This document shows positions 1 to 10,585 of a DNA stretch of 64,000 nt, one piece after another. How positions within the stretch are numbered: the first letter of the stretch is position 1; each line of letters starts with the position of its first letter. Made by a program: the position numbers and the translations under genes. The notes under the pieces were generated by a model that worked only from the letters and a program-made list of their open reading frames with translations, was not told the DNA's origin and did not search any database. The stretch spans positions 32,001 through 96,000 of the forward strand of contig CAVQBK010000006.1 of the NCBI GenBank assembly GCA_963710755.1, in the 5' to 3' direction. This stretch comes from an uncultured bacterium (GTDB lineage: Bacteria > Oederibacteriota > JAAXVQ01 > JAUVAV01).

Positions 1-383
1 GCTAGCAACGTGGCAAAAGTAAGCCCCACGGCAGGCAGAACAATCCCCGGATATTGCGCTTCCATGATGGCCGAAATGCCGCCTAAGAACAACCCTTCCA
101 GCAGGGCATAAATCGGCGCCAACACCGGTGCCCAGGTCTTTTTAAAAATCACCACCATAGCCAGTACAAAGCCACCAATCAACCCGGCCCATATCATAGG
201 TCCCACCGCAGCGGTTTGGCCGCTAAAGTAACTGGTCCAGGGCCAGAGCGCGGCCAACAACAATAGAGCCAAAAGGAAAAACGATTTATTGACCGTTCCC
301 TGAACAGTCATTCCGGCCTGGCCGGTCATGGTCAGTGTTTGGTTAAAGACTTGCCCCTGTAAGGCCGGATTACCAGTGCGCAT
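1..383 (-). CDS. Bax inhibitor-1/YccA family membrane protein (5' part; runs off window)
   Basis: Manual translation MRTGNPAL...MTVQGTVNKSFFLLALLLLAALWPW, typical N-terminus and hydrophobic helices; GGAGG RBS upstream; absent from ORF track. Confidence 0.75.
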   Translation of the reverse strand, partial: MRTGNPALQGQVFNQTLTMTGQAGMTVQGTVNKSFFLLALLLLAALWPWTSYFSGQTAAVGPMIWAGLIGGFVLAMVVIFKKTWAPVLAPIYALLEGLFLGGISAIMEAQYPGIVLPAVGLTFATLL

Positions 384-576
384 GATGAGTTCGCCTCCAA
401 AGTCGTATTCAGATCAACAGACTGATTCGAATGGTTATCATAACAAAGGCTCAAAGCAAGGTCAATGTGTTTGAATTGTTCATTCTTTGGTTTTCATTTA
501 AATGAATTTATTATAGAATCCTTTGGCTGTTGCCAAGCACACGGCGGCACTAGTGATTCTTTTAAGGAGATTAGTA

Positions 577-1674
577 ATGTCATTATCCATAGGTATCGTG
601 GGCCTGCCCAATGTGGGCAAATCCACCTTATTCAACGCCATCACCAATGCCCAGGCCGAAGCCCAAAATTATCCCTTTTGTACGATCGAACCCAATACGG
701 GCATTGTGCCTATTCCCGACGCCCGGTTGGCCGTGCTGGCCGGTATGAGTCAAAGCAAAAAAACCATCCCCGCCACCATTACCTTCACTGATATTGCCGG
801 TTTGGTCAAAGGCGCCAGTCAAGGCGAAGGCTTGGGTAACAAATTTCTCTCCCACATCCGGGAAGTCTCCGCCATAGCCCATGTGGTGCGCTGCTTTGAA
901 GATGATAATATCACCCATGTCAGCGGCCATATCAATCCTATGGAAGACATTGACATCATCAATACGGAATTGATTATTGCTGATTTGGAAATGGCTGAAA
1001 AAATGCACGGCAACATGGAAAAACAGGCCAAACGTGCTAAAGACCAGGACAGTCTGGAACGATTCGCCCTCCTGACCAAGGTTAAGGAAGCCCTGGGCCA
1101 GAATCTGCCGGTGCGTTCCCTGACCCTGACCGAGCAGGAAGCGGCCTTGGTCAAGTCCATGAATTTCCTTTCCTATAAGAAGGTTATTTATTTGGCCAAT
1201 ATCAGTGAAGCCTTGATCGGTCAGCCCAATCCCTTGGCCGACCAGGTCCAGGCTCACGCCCAAGCCGGGCAAGATGAGTTTGCCATAATCTGCGGCAAGG
1301 TGGAGGAAGAATTATCCAAGCTGTCCGAGGAGGAAAAAGACGAATTTTTAAAAGCTTTGGGCATTGCCGAATCAGGCTTGGATGTGGTGGCCGGAAAATG
1401 TTTTCACCTATTGGGCCTGCAAACCTATCTTACCACCGGTGAAAAAGAAACTCGCGCCTGGACCATCCACAAAGGCGACACTGCCCCGCAGGCCGCCGGC
1501 GTGATTCATAGTGATTTTGAACGGGGATTCATCAGGGCCAACATTGTCGGTTATGACGACTTTGTCAAGCTGGGCGGTTGGAAGGAAGCCCGGGAAAAAG
1601 GGGCTCTCCGCCAGGAAGGTAAAGATTATATTATGCAAGACGGCGATGTGGTTGAATTTTTATTTAATGTTTAA
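577..1674 (+). CDS. ychF: Redox-regulated ATPase YchF
   Basis: GIVGLPNVGKST, NYPFCTIEPN, DIAGLVKGASQGEGLGNKFL, C-terminal TGS domain; ATG 577 after AAGGAG. Confidence 0.97.
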   Translation: MSLSIGIVGLPNVGKSTLFNAITNAQAEAQNYPFCTIEPNTGIVPIPDARLAVLAGMSQSKKTIPATITFTDIAGLVKGASQGEGLGNKFLSHIREVSAIAHVVRCFEDDNITHVSGHINPMEDIDIINTELIIADLEMAEKMHGNMEKQAKRAKDQDSLERFALLTKVKEALGQNLPVRSLTLTEQEAALVKSMNFLSYKKVIYLANISEALIGQPNPLADQVQAHAQAGQDEFAIICGKVEEELSKLSEEEKDEFLKALGIAESGLDVVAGKCFHLLGLQTYLTTGEKETRAWTIHKGDTAPQAAGVIHSDFERGFIRANIVGYDDFVKLGGWKEAREKGALRQEGKDYIMQDGDVVEFLFNV

Positions 1675-1724
1675 CTGGACAAGGACAGCCCGACCAAACT
1701 GTTCCTGACCAAAGCCGGTAAAAT

Positions 1725-1763
1725 AAAAAAGGGATAAGCGGATAAACCGCTTATCCCTTTTTT
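1725..1763. terminator. Bidirectional intrinsic terminator between convergent ychF and pnp
   Basis: AAAAAAGGGATAAGCGG-ATAAA-CCGCTTATCCCTTTTTT, perfect inverted repeat with A and T tracts. Confidence 0.9.
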
Positions 1764-1775
1764 CATTAGGTGCGT

Positions 1776-3896
1776 TTAGGCGTCCTGTTCGCCGGTTTCC
1801 TTCAAGGCATCCTTGTAGGAAAGTTTTACCCGGCCATTGCCTTCGATATCAATTACTTTAACAGGAATTTCCTGACCTTCTTTAAGAACATCCGTGACGT
1901 TCTTGACCCTATAATCAGCGAGCTGGGAAATATGCACCAAGCCATCTTTCCCCGGCACAATTTCCACAAAAGCCCCAAAATCCATGATCTTTCTAACTGT
2001 GCCCTGGTAGATTTCGCCAATTTCCACTTTCGGGGCCAATTTTCTTATCCAGTCCATAGCCTTTTGCATAGCAGCCGGATCTTTAGCCGCCACGTTGATT
2101 TTACCCGTATCCTCGATGTCAATCTTGGTGCCCGTTTCCTCGGTGATCTGTTTGATCATTTTGCCACCGGGACCAATGATGTCCTTGATGAATTCCGGAT
2201 CAATCTGAATGGATTCAATACGCGGAGCATACTGGGAGATTTGCGAATTGGGTTGCGAAATGGTATTGTTCATGGATTCGAGGATATGCATACGGGCATC
2301 GCGCGCTTGCTCCAATGCCTGCTGCATAATATCGTGACTTAAGCCGGTAATCTTGATATCCATCTGAATGGCGGTAATGCCATCCTTGGTGCCGGCCACT
2401 TTAAAATCCATATCCCCGAAATGATCTTCCAAGCCCTGGATATCTGTCAAAACCGTGTAATTTTCTTCATGCTTAATCAAGCCCATGGCAATACCTGCTA
2501 CATGCTGGCTCAAAGGCACGCCGGCGTCCATTAAGGATAAAGAAGCGCCGCAAACCGTGGCCATGGAAGAGGATCCATTGGATTCCAGAATATCCGAAGT
2601 AACTTGAATGGTGTAATTAAATTTTTCTTTCTCCGGGATAAGCGGTGCCAATGCCCGCTCGGCCAGCATTCCATGGCCGATTTCCCTGCGCCCAGGGCCG
2701 CGTACCGGCCGAGCTTCCCCAACGGAAAAGGAAGGGAAATTATAATAAAGCATGAAATTTTTCTTATATTCACGCTCTAATTCTTCCATCAATTGTTCAT
2801 CCCCGGCCGTACCCAGGGTGGTCACCACCAGGGCTTGCGTCTGACCGCGCGTAAAAATGGCCGAGCCATGAGGACGGGGCAACACACTGACTTCTGATGA
2901 CAGCGCGCGAATATCTTTCAATCCCCGACCGTCGGGACGAATATGGCGCAAGGCAATATCTTCACGAACCGTCTGCACTTCCAGATCATCCAAAATTTTC
3001 TTAACGTCTTTTTCCATAGCTGCAAAAGCTTCATCATCCTTGGTCTGTTCGGCCAATTGTGCCAGAGCCTTTTTCTTGGCCTCAGCCACGGCATTGGCCC
3101 GGGCTTGTTTGTCCACTGTGCGAACAGCGTCTGCTATCGACGCCCCTGCCAATGACCTGACTTTTTCCACCAAGGCTTCGTCTATGGTCTTGATCTCGAT
3201 GACCCTTTTAGGCTTACCCACCTTGGCTGCTAATTCTTCCTGCATTTCCACCAAGGTCTTGATGTATTGCTGGGCCAGTTTAAAGGCATCAAGCATCACG
3301 TTTTCCGGCACTTGTTCAGCCTCGCCTTCCACCATGACAATGTTATCCTTACTACCGGCCACCACAATATCCAGATCTGCTTGGGTCACCTGATCAAAAG
3401 TAGGATTGATGATGAACTCTCCATCAATCCTACCGATGCGTACAGCACCCAATAAATTTTGATAGGGAATATCGGAGATGGCCATGGCGGCCGAGGCGCC
3501 AATCAAGGCCGGGATATCGGAATTATTTTCCAAATCCGAGGAGATGACCAAGGTATAGACTTGCAACTCATTGTGCATGCCCTTGGGCACCTGAGGCCTG
3601 ATGGCCCGGTCAATAAGACGGGCGGTTAATATTTCCTTTTCTCCCGGTCTCCCTCCCCGTTTAAAAAAACCACCGGGGATTTTTCCTGCAGCATAGGTAC
3701 GTTCACGGTATTCCACGGTCAAAGGAAGAAAATCAATGCCTTCTCTAGCTTCATCAGCACATACCGCAGTTGCCAGAATGACCGTGCCCCCATATTGAAT
3801 GGTCACTGCCCCATGGGCTTGTTTAGCAACATGTCCCGTGGTAATGGTTAATGTTCTTCCAGCCAACTCGCGACTGACTGATGTTGATCCTTCCAA
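1776..3896 (-). CDS. pnp: Polyribonucleotide nucleotidyltransferase
   Basis: Two RNase PH domains (RREIGHG, SNGSSSMA, DHFGDMDFKVAG), KH and S1 domains; follows rpsO. Confidence 0.98.
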   Translation of the reverse strand: MEGSTSVSRELAGRTLTITTGHVAKQAHGAVTIQYGGTVILATAVCADEAREGIDFLPLTVEYRERTYAAGKIPGGFFKRGGRPGEKEILTARLIDRAIRPQVPKGMHNELQVYTLVISSDLENNSDIPALIGASAAMAISDIPYQNLLGAVRIGRIDGEFIINPTFDQVTQADLDIVVAGSKDNIVMVEGEAEQVPENVMLDAFKLAQQYIKTLVEMQEELAAKVGKPKRVIEIKTIDEALVEKVRSLAGASIADAVRTVDKQARANAVAEAKKKALAQLAEQTKDDEAFAAMEKDVKKILDDLEVQTVREDIALRHIRPDGRGLKDIRALSSEVSVLPRPHGSAIFTRGQTQALVVTTLGTAGDEQLMEELEREYKKNFMLYYNFPSFSVGEARPVRGPGRREIGHGMLAERALAPLIPEKEKFNYTIQVTSDILESNGSSSMATVCGASLSLMDAGVPLSQHVAGIAMGLIKHEENYTVLTDIQGLEDHFGDMDFKVAGTKDGITAIQMDIKITGLSHDIMQQALEQARDARMHILESMNNTISQPNSQISQYAPRIESIQIDPEFIKDIIGPGGKMIKQITEETGTKIDIEDTGKINVAAKDPAAMQKAMDWIRKLAPKVEIGEIYQGTVRKIMDFGAFVEIVPGKDGLVHISQLADYRVKNVTDVLKEGQEIPVKVIDIEGNGRVKLSYKDALKETGEQDA

Positions 3897-3953
3897 AATA
3901 GTGCCTCCTTAGCTTACGCAGGAAAAGTGGATCTTCATTTTTTAAGCTTTAGC

Positions 3954-4223
3954 TTATTTACGAAGATTGAGTTTAGCAATGATTGCTTTATAGCGGTTTG
4001 CGTGATGCTTCTTGAGGTAATCAAGAAGACGACGGCGTTTACTAACTAACATTAGCAAGCCAGTACGGGAATGGTGATCTTTGGAGTGAACTTTGAAATG
4101 ATCGGTTAACTCTTTGATGCGTTCCGACAGTATAGCGATTTGCACTTCCGGTGAACCCGTATCTGATTCATGAACCTTGTTATCTTCGATGATTAGTTTT
4201 TTACGCTCTTTGACTATGGTCAT
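3954..4223 (-). CDS. rpsO: 30S ribosomal protein S15
   Basis: [35 protein letters not shown]; ATG 4223 with GAGGAGG RBS. Confidence 0.97.
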   Translation of the reverse strand: MTIVKERKKLIIEDNKVHESDTGSPEVQIAILSERIKELTDHFKVHSKDHHSRTGLLMLVSKRRRLLDYLKKHHANRYKAIIAKLNLRK

Positions 4224-4294
4224 CCTCATGCACCTCCTCTCCATAGTATTTTTAAAGAATAAACACTGCTTACCTTACAATTGTATGGAAAATT

Positions 4295-4323
4295 TTTATA
4301 TCATATTGACCCTTTCCTGTCAA
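4295..4323 (-). promoter_or_regulatory. Sigma70-type promoter of rpsO-pnp
   Basis: TTGACA-17 bp-TATAAA with extended -10 TG. Confidence 0.65.
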
Positions 4324-4343
4324 CAGAATAGTCATTTTTGACC

Positions 4344-6644
4344 TTATTTTCTTCTTTTTACATTAATTTCCCTTTTTAGCTTTTTCTTATTTTTTTTAGA
4401 TGCTTTTCGTTCGATTTTGATCGCGATTAGATTATTTTTATATTGTTTTAAATCGATCAGTGTGTCAAAAGACTGGCGATGTCCATTTATGGTTAATTGG
4501 GGGGCCTTACCTAAGTCTGGTTCAATAGCCAAAGAAAGCAGTTTATGCTGAACCGGCAAGTTGTCTATATGCAAAGCTTGGCCAGCCAGGGGGCGTGTGA
4601 CCACAATCCCTCGGGGGGTTATTTTTAATCCACCCAGACCTCGCAAGATTAACGGAATATAAGTAAACGCAGAAACGGACAATCCCCGGGCGGTCATGCC
4701 ACTGTCCCCCGGAAGACCACATTGTTTGGGATTTAGGAGCATTTGCTTGCTGGTTACCTTGAATTGTTGCAGAGCCTCTTGCGCGGTAACCGGGGTAATC
4801 AGCCCAGCGAGCAGCACGCGATAGGTATAGCCGATGTCATAACTATTTTCATTAACCGGCAGAATAGTATTGGGCGAAAGCTCGTCCTTTAAAAAGGACC
4901 GGTAAAATCCCTGGTCAGTACGCCAAAGCGGGTTGGTCCAGCACTCATGAAACACGGCTGCTTGCAGGGCAGGCGGGCCAATATTGAGTATATAAGCATT
5001 TATAGCGCTGATATGGGCGATGTCCAGTATTATATCGCGGTCATCAAGGCGTCCGTAGGCATAAAACCCTTTTTCACCCAATTGATTGGTCCAATAATTT
5101 TCCGCTAAAACCGTTTCGGCTTTTTTATTTTTTTCATCGAGGACCGCCAACAGGTGTTTATACTCAGGGTTGGCCAAAAGCTCATAAAGTTCATGAAGAT
5201 ACCGGTAGGCCAGAATGGACGCCATGCTATATTGGGAAAGCTGAAGGTCAGTGTCCTGGACACGATAGACCGGTTCGTCCGGTTCTACCGCACCCTTGGG
5301 TTCAAGCGCTATCCTGAAATTAGGCAGGCTATCCTGATCATCATCGAGGCTGTCAATATAGTTCATCAGCTCCTGGATTCGAAAGGCATTTCCCCGCAAC
5401 CAGGTAAAATCTGCGCTAAAAGCGATATAATCATAAATCATGTGGATCAAGTAAACCGAATCGACCGACTCCTGTCGTTGATCCAGCCATTGGTTGAGAT
5501 ATTGTTTTACATATTGGCTGTAACCCAGTGCTAAGAGACCGCGCAACCCCATGGCCAGCATTTCGGGATGGGCATTGACATTACTTGCCATCGTGGGATA
5601 AATAACGGTCCGATGCTGCTGCTCGTCCATCTGCCAAGGTGCCCACCCTTTGAGCACCCTAAAAAAATAATCGATGGTGGGATCCCCGCTGGCCACCACC
5701 AGCCCTTTGGCCTCCAAAGCCTCCTGCCTGGCATTCCATGCCGAATAATCGGAGGTGGCACGCAAGTGTGCCACCTGTTCAATAACACTTTGACGGTCCA
5801 GTCCCCAAGTTTGTATAAATTCAAATATCCGGGGCTGCTGCGGTTCCAGGTCCATGGCCGGGGTTTCCAAAGTCAGGCTGCTCATCGTCATGGTAGAGGA
5901 CGGCCTGTGCTCCCCATAGGGTCCTCCTGCCTCCGATCTAATCAACCCCCCGGCCGGTGACCAGGCCAAAGCCATCCAGGCTTCATTGCCTTGGGTGGCA
6001 CGATGCCCATAGACAGCGCCGGTCCTAAAATCATTTTCCCACTCGCCGTCAAGTGGTGATTCTTCCGGCGGCCCCAGTAGTTGGGGTTGGATCAGATTGG
6101 CATTTACCCGGAATCCGGAAAGTTTGCGGCTGCCGCGGTTAACCACCATAAAGCGGGTCACCACGGCAGGTATGCTTTGCGCCTGATAATAGGATCGTAT
6201 CACCCGTACATCATTGGCAAATTGCCAAGTTTCTTGCAAGCGCCCCGGGCTTATGGCTAGACGTAGTTTACAATCCGACTGTGCAGGATGAAAAGGAATA
6301 TCTTTTTTGATAGTACTATAGGAGAAAGTCAGCCCAGCCTGAAATTGCTGGCCTTGTGGCAACAAGAGCGTGCCTTCCGGACCGGCCTGGTCGGGACTAT
6401 AGACCAATAGTTGCACCATGGGATGCTGGTATCGAACAGCCAGAAAGATTTCCGGACCGGCGTTTTCAGGCCAGCTTCGGATGAGCGATTGGATTTTACC
6501 GGCGGGGGTTAATCTGAATTCCAGGTAAGAAACCTGCCGGGGATCAGCATCCCGAGGAGGTTGCCCCCATGCTGATCCCCAAACAGTACTAATGCCAAAG
6601 GTAATTAACAACCAGCCCCAACGGACTGTTAAGGCGCGGGGCAT
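4344..6644 (-). CDS. Large exported hypothetical protein, possibly six-hairpin glycosidase-like fold
   Basis: Long ORF, signal-peptide-like N-terminus, helical core (DDDQDSLP, LAENYW), Lys-rich tail; fold guess is weak. Confidence 0.55.
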   Translation of the reverse strand: MPRALTVRWGWLLITFGISTVWGSAWGQPPRDADPRQVSYLEFRLTPAGKIQSLIRSWPENAGPEIFLAVRYQHPMVQLLVYSPDQAGPEGTLLLPQGQQFQAGLTFSYSTIKKDIPFHPAQSDCKLRLAISPGRLQETWQFANDVRVIRSYYQAQSIPAVVTRFMVVNRGSRKLSGFRVNANLIQPQLLGPPEESPLDGEWENDFRTGAVYGHRATQGNEAWMALAWSPAGGLIRSEAGGPYGEHRPSSTMTMSSLTLETPAMDLEPQQPRIFEFIQTWGLDRQSVIEQVAHLRATSDYSAWNARQEALEAKGLVVASGDPTIDYFFRVLKGWAPWQMDEQQHRTVIYPTMASNVNAHPEMLAMGLRGLLALGYSQYVKQYLNQWLDQRQESVDSVYLIHMIYDYIAFSADFTWLRGNAFRIQELMNYIDSLDDDQDSLPNFRIALEPKGAVEPDEPVYRVQDTDLQLSQYSMASILAYRYLHELYELLANPEYKHLLAVLDEKNKKAETVLAENYWTNQLGEKGFYAYGRLDDRDIILDIAHISAINAYILNIGPPALQAAVFHECWTNPLWRTDQGFYRSFLKDELSPNTILPVNENSYDIGYTYRVLLAGLITPVTAQEALQQFKVTSKQMLLNPKQCGLPGDSGMTARGLSVSAFTYIPLILRGLGGLKITPRGIVVTRPLAGQALHIDNLPVQHKLLSLAIEPDLGKAPQLTINGHRQSFDTLIDLKQYKNNLIAIKIERKASKKNKKKLKREINVKRRK

Positions 6645-6656
6645 GGCGCGCACTCC

Positions 6657-7655
6657 TCAATTGTTTTTAAACTGCTTGATCAACTCCGGCACCACCTCAT
6701 TGACATCACCCACAATGCCATAGGTAGCAATCTTGAAAATTTCAGCGTCAGGATCTTTGTTAATGGCAATAATAGTATCCGAAGACTGCATGCCAGCCAA
6801 ATGTTGAATGGCCCCGGAAACACCCAAAGCAAAATAAACTTTGGGGCAAACGGTTTTTCCAGTTTGACCCACTTGATGGGAATAAGGAATCCAGCCGGCG
6901 TCCACCACGGCCCGGGAGGCGCCAACAGCGCCACCGACTACGGAGGCCAATTCACGTACCAGATGGAAATTTTCCTGGCTGCCCATGCCGCGACCGCCGG
7001 TTACAATTATATCGGCTTCCGCAATATTGCAAGTCTCTTCTATTTCCTTAACTACTTCCACCACCTTGGCACGAATGGTGTAATCTGATTCGGCTTTATT
7101 GATTACATGCACTTGGCCCGTACGGGCGGCGTCTTTTTCCAACGGTTTCATGACCTTGTGCCTCACGGTGGCCATTTGTGGCCGTTTCTCAGGACAAATA
7201 ATAGTGGCCATGATATTCCCGCCGTAAGCCGGACGGGTACCAAGCAGCATTTTTTTGGCCGGATCAATTTCCAAAGCCGTGCAGTCTGCCGTCAAACCAG
7301 TTTGCATATTGGCTGCTACTCGCGGCAGGAAGGAACGGCCAATGGCTGTGGCACCGGCCAGTACTATGGCCGGTTTATGTTCCTGGGCCAGGTCGGTCAG
7401 GGCTTGGGCATAGGGTTCATCCTGAAATTTTTCGAATACCGGGCTCTCTACATAGTAGACTTCGTCAGCGCCATAGGCGATCAACTCATCAGCAGCAGCG
7501 CGCATATTATGGCCCAACAATACGGCAACCAGTTTTTGATTGAGATCATCGGCTAATTTCCGCCCCGCACCCAGCAGTTCCAGGGCTACACTATGCAATT
7601 GTCCATCCCGTTGTTCGGCATAGATCCAAACATCTTTAAAATCTTCGACAGTCAT
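6657..7655 (-). CDS. etfA: Electron transfer flavoprotein subunit alpha
   Basis: TGLTADCT, RPAYGG, QVGQTGK, GVSGAIQHLAGM. Confidence 0.95.
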   Translation of the reverse strand: MTVEDFKDVWIYAEQRDGQLHSVALELLGAGRKLADDLNQKLVAVLLGHNMRAAADELIAYGADEVYYVESPVFEKFQDEPYAQALTDLAQEHKPAIVLAGATAIGRSFLPRVAANMQTGLTADCTALEIDPAKKMLLGTRPAYGGNIMATIICPEKRPQMATVRHKVMKPLEKDAARTGQVHVINKAESDYTIRAKVVEVVKEIEETCNIAEADIIVTGGRGMGSQENFHLVRELASVVGGAVGASRAVVDAGWIPYSHQVGQTGKTVCPKVYFALGVSGAIQHLAGMQSSDTIIAINKDPDAEIFKIATYGIVGDVNEVVPELIKQFKNN

Positions 7656-7775
7656 CTTTAACTATTCCTCCTATGATGCATCCTCACATACAAAATTGCA
7701 GGATTTACTTCACCGCGGCCTTCAAATGGCCTCCAAATGGAGTTATCCGCACTCAGGTGCCAACCAAACCCTTGG

Positions 7776-8564
7776 TTACAGAATGCTGGCAGCTTTGAGT
7801 TTTTCTCTCAACTGTTTAGCCACCGCCGGGGCTTCTCCATTTAAAATTTCGCCATTGTAAGTTCTCTTCGGAGTAAACGATTTTGCAACTTGGGTGGGCG
7901 AACCTTTAAGCCCCACCTGGTTTACGTCAAAGTCCGGCATATCCGCCACTGCCCAAACGGTGGGTTCGAATTTTTTAGCGCGCATTTTTCCTTTGAGCGA
8001 TTCCAAACGGGGCTCGTTGATTTCCTTGACTACACTGATAATGGCCGGCAAAGGACTTTCCACTACATCATAACCGTCTTCCATCAGCCGTTCGGCGCGT
8101 ATCTTGCTTTCCGTAATTTCTTCAATTTTTCTCACCCAAGAAATGGTGGGCAGATCGAGAATTGCTGCCACTTCCGGTCCAACCTGGGCGGTATCACCGT
8201 CCACAGCCTGCTTGCCGGTAATCACCACATGGTAATCCCCTATTTTCTTGAGCGCTTGTGCCAAGGTATAGGAAGTGGCCCAAGTATCGGAGCCGGCAAT
8301 TGCGCGGTCGCTGACCAGGATGCCATCATCCACACCCATGCCAATACATTTTTGAATGGCTGATTTGGCCTGGGGCGGACCCATGGTCACCACGGTGACT
8401 TTGCCTCCCATTTTTTCCTTAAGCCGCAACCCTTCTTCCACGGCGTATTCATCAAAGGGGTTGAGGATACTCTCCACGCCGTCACGCATCAGCGTACCCG
8501 TGTCGGGATTAATTTTAACATTGGTAGTGGCCACTACCTGTTTAATCAAAACCACGATATTCAT
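7776..8564 (-). CDS. etfB: Electron transfer flavoprotein subunit beta
   Basis: MNIVVLIKQV, NPFDEYAVEE, GSDTWATS, GKQAVDGDTAQVGP; ATG 8564 after GGAGG. Confidence 0.95.
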   Translation of the reverse strand: MNIVVLIKQVVATTNVKINPDTGTLMRDGVESILNPFDEYAVEEGLRLKEKMGGKVTVVTMGPPQAKSAIQKCIGMGVDDGILVSDRAIAGSDTWATSYTLAQALKKIGDYHVVITGKQAVDGDTAQVGPEVAAILDLPTISWVRKIEEITESKIRAERLMEDGYDVVESPLPAIISVVKEINEPRLESLKGKMRAKKFEPTVWAVADMPDFDVNQVGLKGSPTQVAKSFTPKRTYNGEILNGEAPAVAKQLREKLKAASIL

Positions 8565-8620
8565 TCCAAACCTCCTGCTGGGATTGCTCACCTGCCGGTT
8601 TTCATCAGGTTCCGGCTTGT

Positions 8621-9778
8621 TTATTTACTTTTAGCAGCTTCCTTGATCAATTGAAGTGCAATTTCATTTCGTTGGATCTGACTGGTGCCTTCATAAATCT
8701 GGGTGATTTTGGCATCACGCATCATTTTTTCCACCGGGTATTCCTTCATATAGCCGTAACCGCCGAGGATTTGAACGGCATCAGTGGTTACTTTCATGGC
8801 CACTTCGGAAGCGTATAATTTGGACATGGCTGAGATTTTAGCAAACGATTTCTCACCAGCGTCAATCGTGCGCGCGGCCTGGTACAACAAAGCCCGGGCC
8901 GCTTCCACTTCCGTGGCCATATTGGCAAGCATATGCTGCACGGCTTGAATGCCGGCAATGGGTTGGCCGAATTGCACGCGCTGACGGGCATAGTGCAAGG
9001 CTTCCTTCAAAGCACCGGCGGCGATGCCCAGCGCTTGTGAGGCCACACCGGGCCGGGAGGTGTTGAGGGTGTTAACCGCCACGATAAAGCCCATGCCTTC
9101 TTTTCCCAAAATGTTTTTGGCAGGTACACGGCAATTATTGAATACCAATTCGCGGGTGGCAGATGCTCGAATACCCATCTTGTTTTCTTTTTTACCAAAG
9201 TCAAACCCAGGTGTGCCTTTTTCCACAATAAACGCGGTGGCGCCGCGGGTGCCCTTGGCTTTGTTGGTCATGGCAATGACTGTGTAGGTCTCCGCTTCTC
9301 CGGCGTTGGTAATCCACTGTTTGGTGCCGTTGAGGATATAATCATCACCATCTTTGACTGCCGTGGTCTGCATGTTACCGGCATCGGACCCGGCTCCGGC
9401 TTCTGTCAGTCCAAAAGCCGCTAATTTTTTACCGGCTGCAATATCGGGCAAGTATTTCTTTTTCTGCTCTTCATTGCCAAAAAGCAGAATCGGAAAAGTA
9501 CCCAAGGCCGTAGCTGCCATGGCCAACGATATACCGCCGCAGACTTTCGAAAGTTCTTCCACAGCCAGACAGAGGGAAAATATACCGCCACCAAAACCGC
9601 CGTATTCCTCGGGGATATAGAGCCCCATCAGATCCGCTTCCGACATGGCCTTCACAATATCCCATGGAAAAATGCCCTCTTCATCGTACTTTTCCCGAAC
9701 AGGTTTTATCTTGGTTTCCGCCAGTTCCCGGCAGGTATCGACAATCATCTTTTGTTCTTCGCTTAAAAAATAGTTCAT
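8621..9778 (-). CDS. Acyl-CoA dehydrogenase (butyryl-CoA dehydrogenase-like)
   Basis: FGLTEAGAGSD, NGTKQWITN, GGYGYMKEYPVEKMMRDAKITQIYEGT. Confidence 0.93.
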   Translation of the reverse strand: MNYFLSEEQKMIVDTCRELAETKIKPVREKYDEEGIFPWDIVKAMSEADLMGLYIPEEYGGFGGGIFSLCLAVEELSKVCGGISLAMAATALGTFPILLFGNEEQKKKYLPDIAAGKKLAAFGLTEAGAGSDAGNMQTTAVKDGDDYILNGTKQWITNAGEAETYTVIAMTNKAKGTRGATAFIVEKGTPGFDFGKKENKMGIRASATRELVFNNCRVPAKNILGKEGMGFIVAVNTLNTSRPGVASQALGIAAGALKEALHYARQRVQFGQPIAGIQAVQHMLANMATEVEAARALLYQAARTIDAGEKSFAKISAMSKLYASEVAMKVTTDAVQILGGYGYMKEYPVEKMMRDAKITQIYEGTSQIQRNEIALQLIKEAAKSK

Positions 9779-9826
9779 GGTTCCTCCCTCGCTTCGGTTA
9801 TGGTTTAGCAATGCTCCTGCGGCTGG

Positions 9827-10573
9827 TCAGCCGCCTTGGTCTTGATGAGATTGACGCTTTTTTATTTTTTCCAGGGTCTGGGCGGCGGCGCGCTGTTCGG
9901 CTTCTTTTTTGCTGGCACCGATACCAACACCATACGTCTCAGATCCCACCATCACCTTGACTTCATATTGCGGTTGATGATCAGGTCCGCTGATACGGAC
10001 CACGTTGTAATCCGGCAGTTGTCCGAAATATTTTTGCGTCAGCTCCTGTAAACTGGTTTTATAATCTGTGGAGGCCTGTCCCGATTGTACCTGGTCCAGC
10101 AGCACACGCCACTGACTAAGGATGAAACGTTTGGCCTGATTGATGCCCAAGGCCATATAAATGGCACCGATCACCGCTTCCATGGCATCAGCTAAATTGG
10201 AAGCACGCTTTCTGCCGCCGGTTTTAATTTCGCCCTGTCCCAGCAATAAACCTTCACCCAGGTCAAGGTCTTGGGCTCTTTTCGCCAAAACCGGGGTGGA
10301 CACTAAAAATGACTTGAATTTGGAAAGTTGACCTTCATCCGCCTGCGTCAGCCCTTTTATTAAAGCTTCTGTAATTACCAGTCCCAGCACGGCATCCCCC
10401 AAAAATTCCAGACGTTCATTGGAGTGATGCCATTGCCGTGGTTGGCGCGCTTGATGTTCATTGATCCAAGAACGGTGCACCAAGGCCTGATGAAGCAAGG
10501 GTTCCAATTCGTCCTTCCGGGAAAATCGGGAAAGTAAACCATGAACAATGTCATCATGCTTAGACTGGCTCAT
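9827..10573 (-). CDS. rnc: Ribonuclease III
   Basis: NERLEFLGDAVL signature plus C-terminal dsRBD. Confidence 0.96.
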   Translation of the reverse strand: MSQSKHDDIVHGLLSRFSRKDELEPLLHQALVHRSWINEHQARQPRQWHHSNERLEFLGDAVLGLVITEALIKGLTQADEGQLSKFKSFLVSTPVLAKRAQDLDLGEGLLLGQGEIKTGGRKRASNLADAMEAVIGAIYMALGINQAKRFILSQWRVLLDQVQSGQASTDYKTSLQELTQKYFGQLPDYNVVRISGPDHQPQYEVKVMVGSETYGVGIGASKKEAEQRAAAQTLEKIKKRQSHQDQGG

Positions 10574-10585
10574 ACAGAGGCTAAA

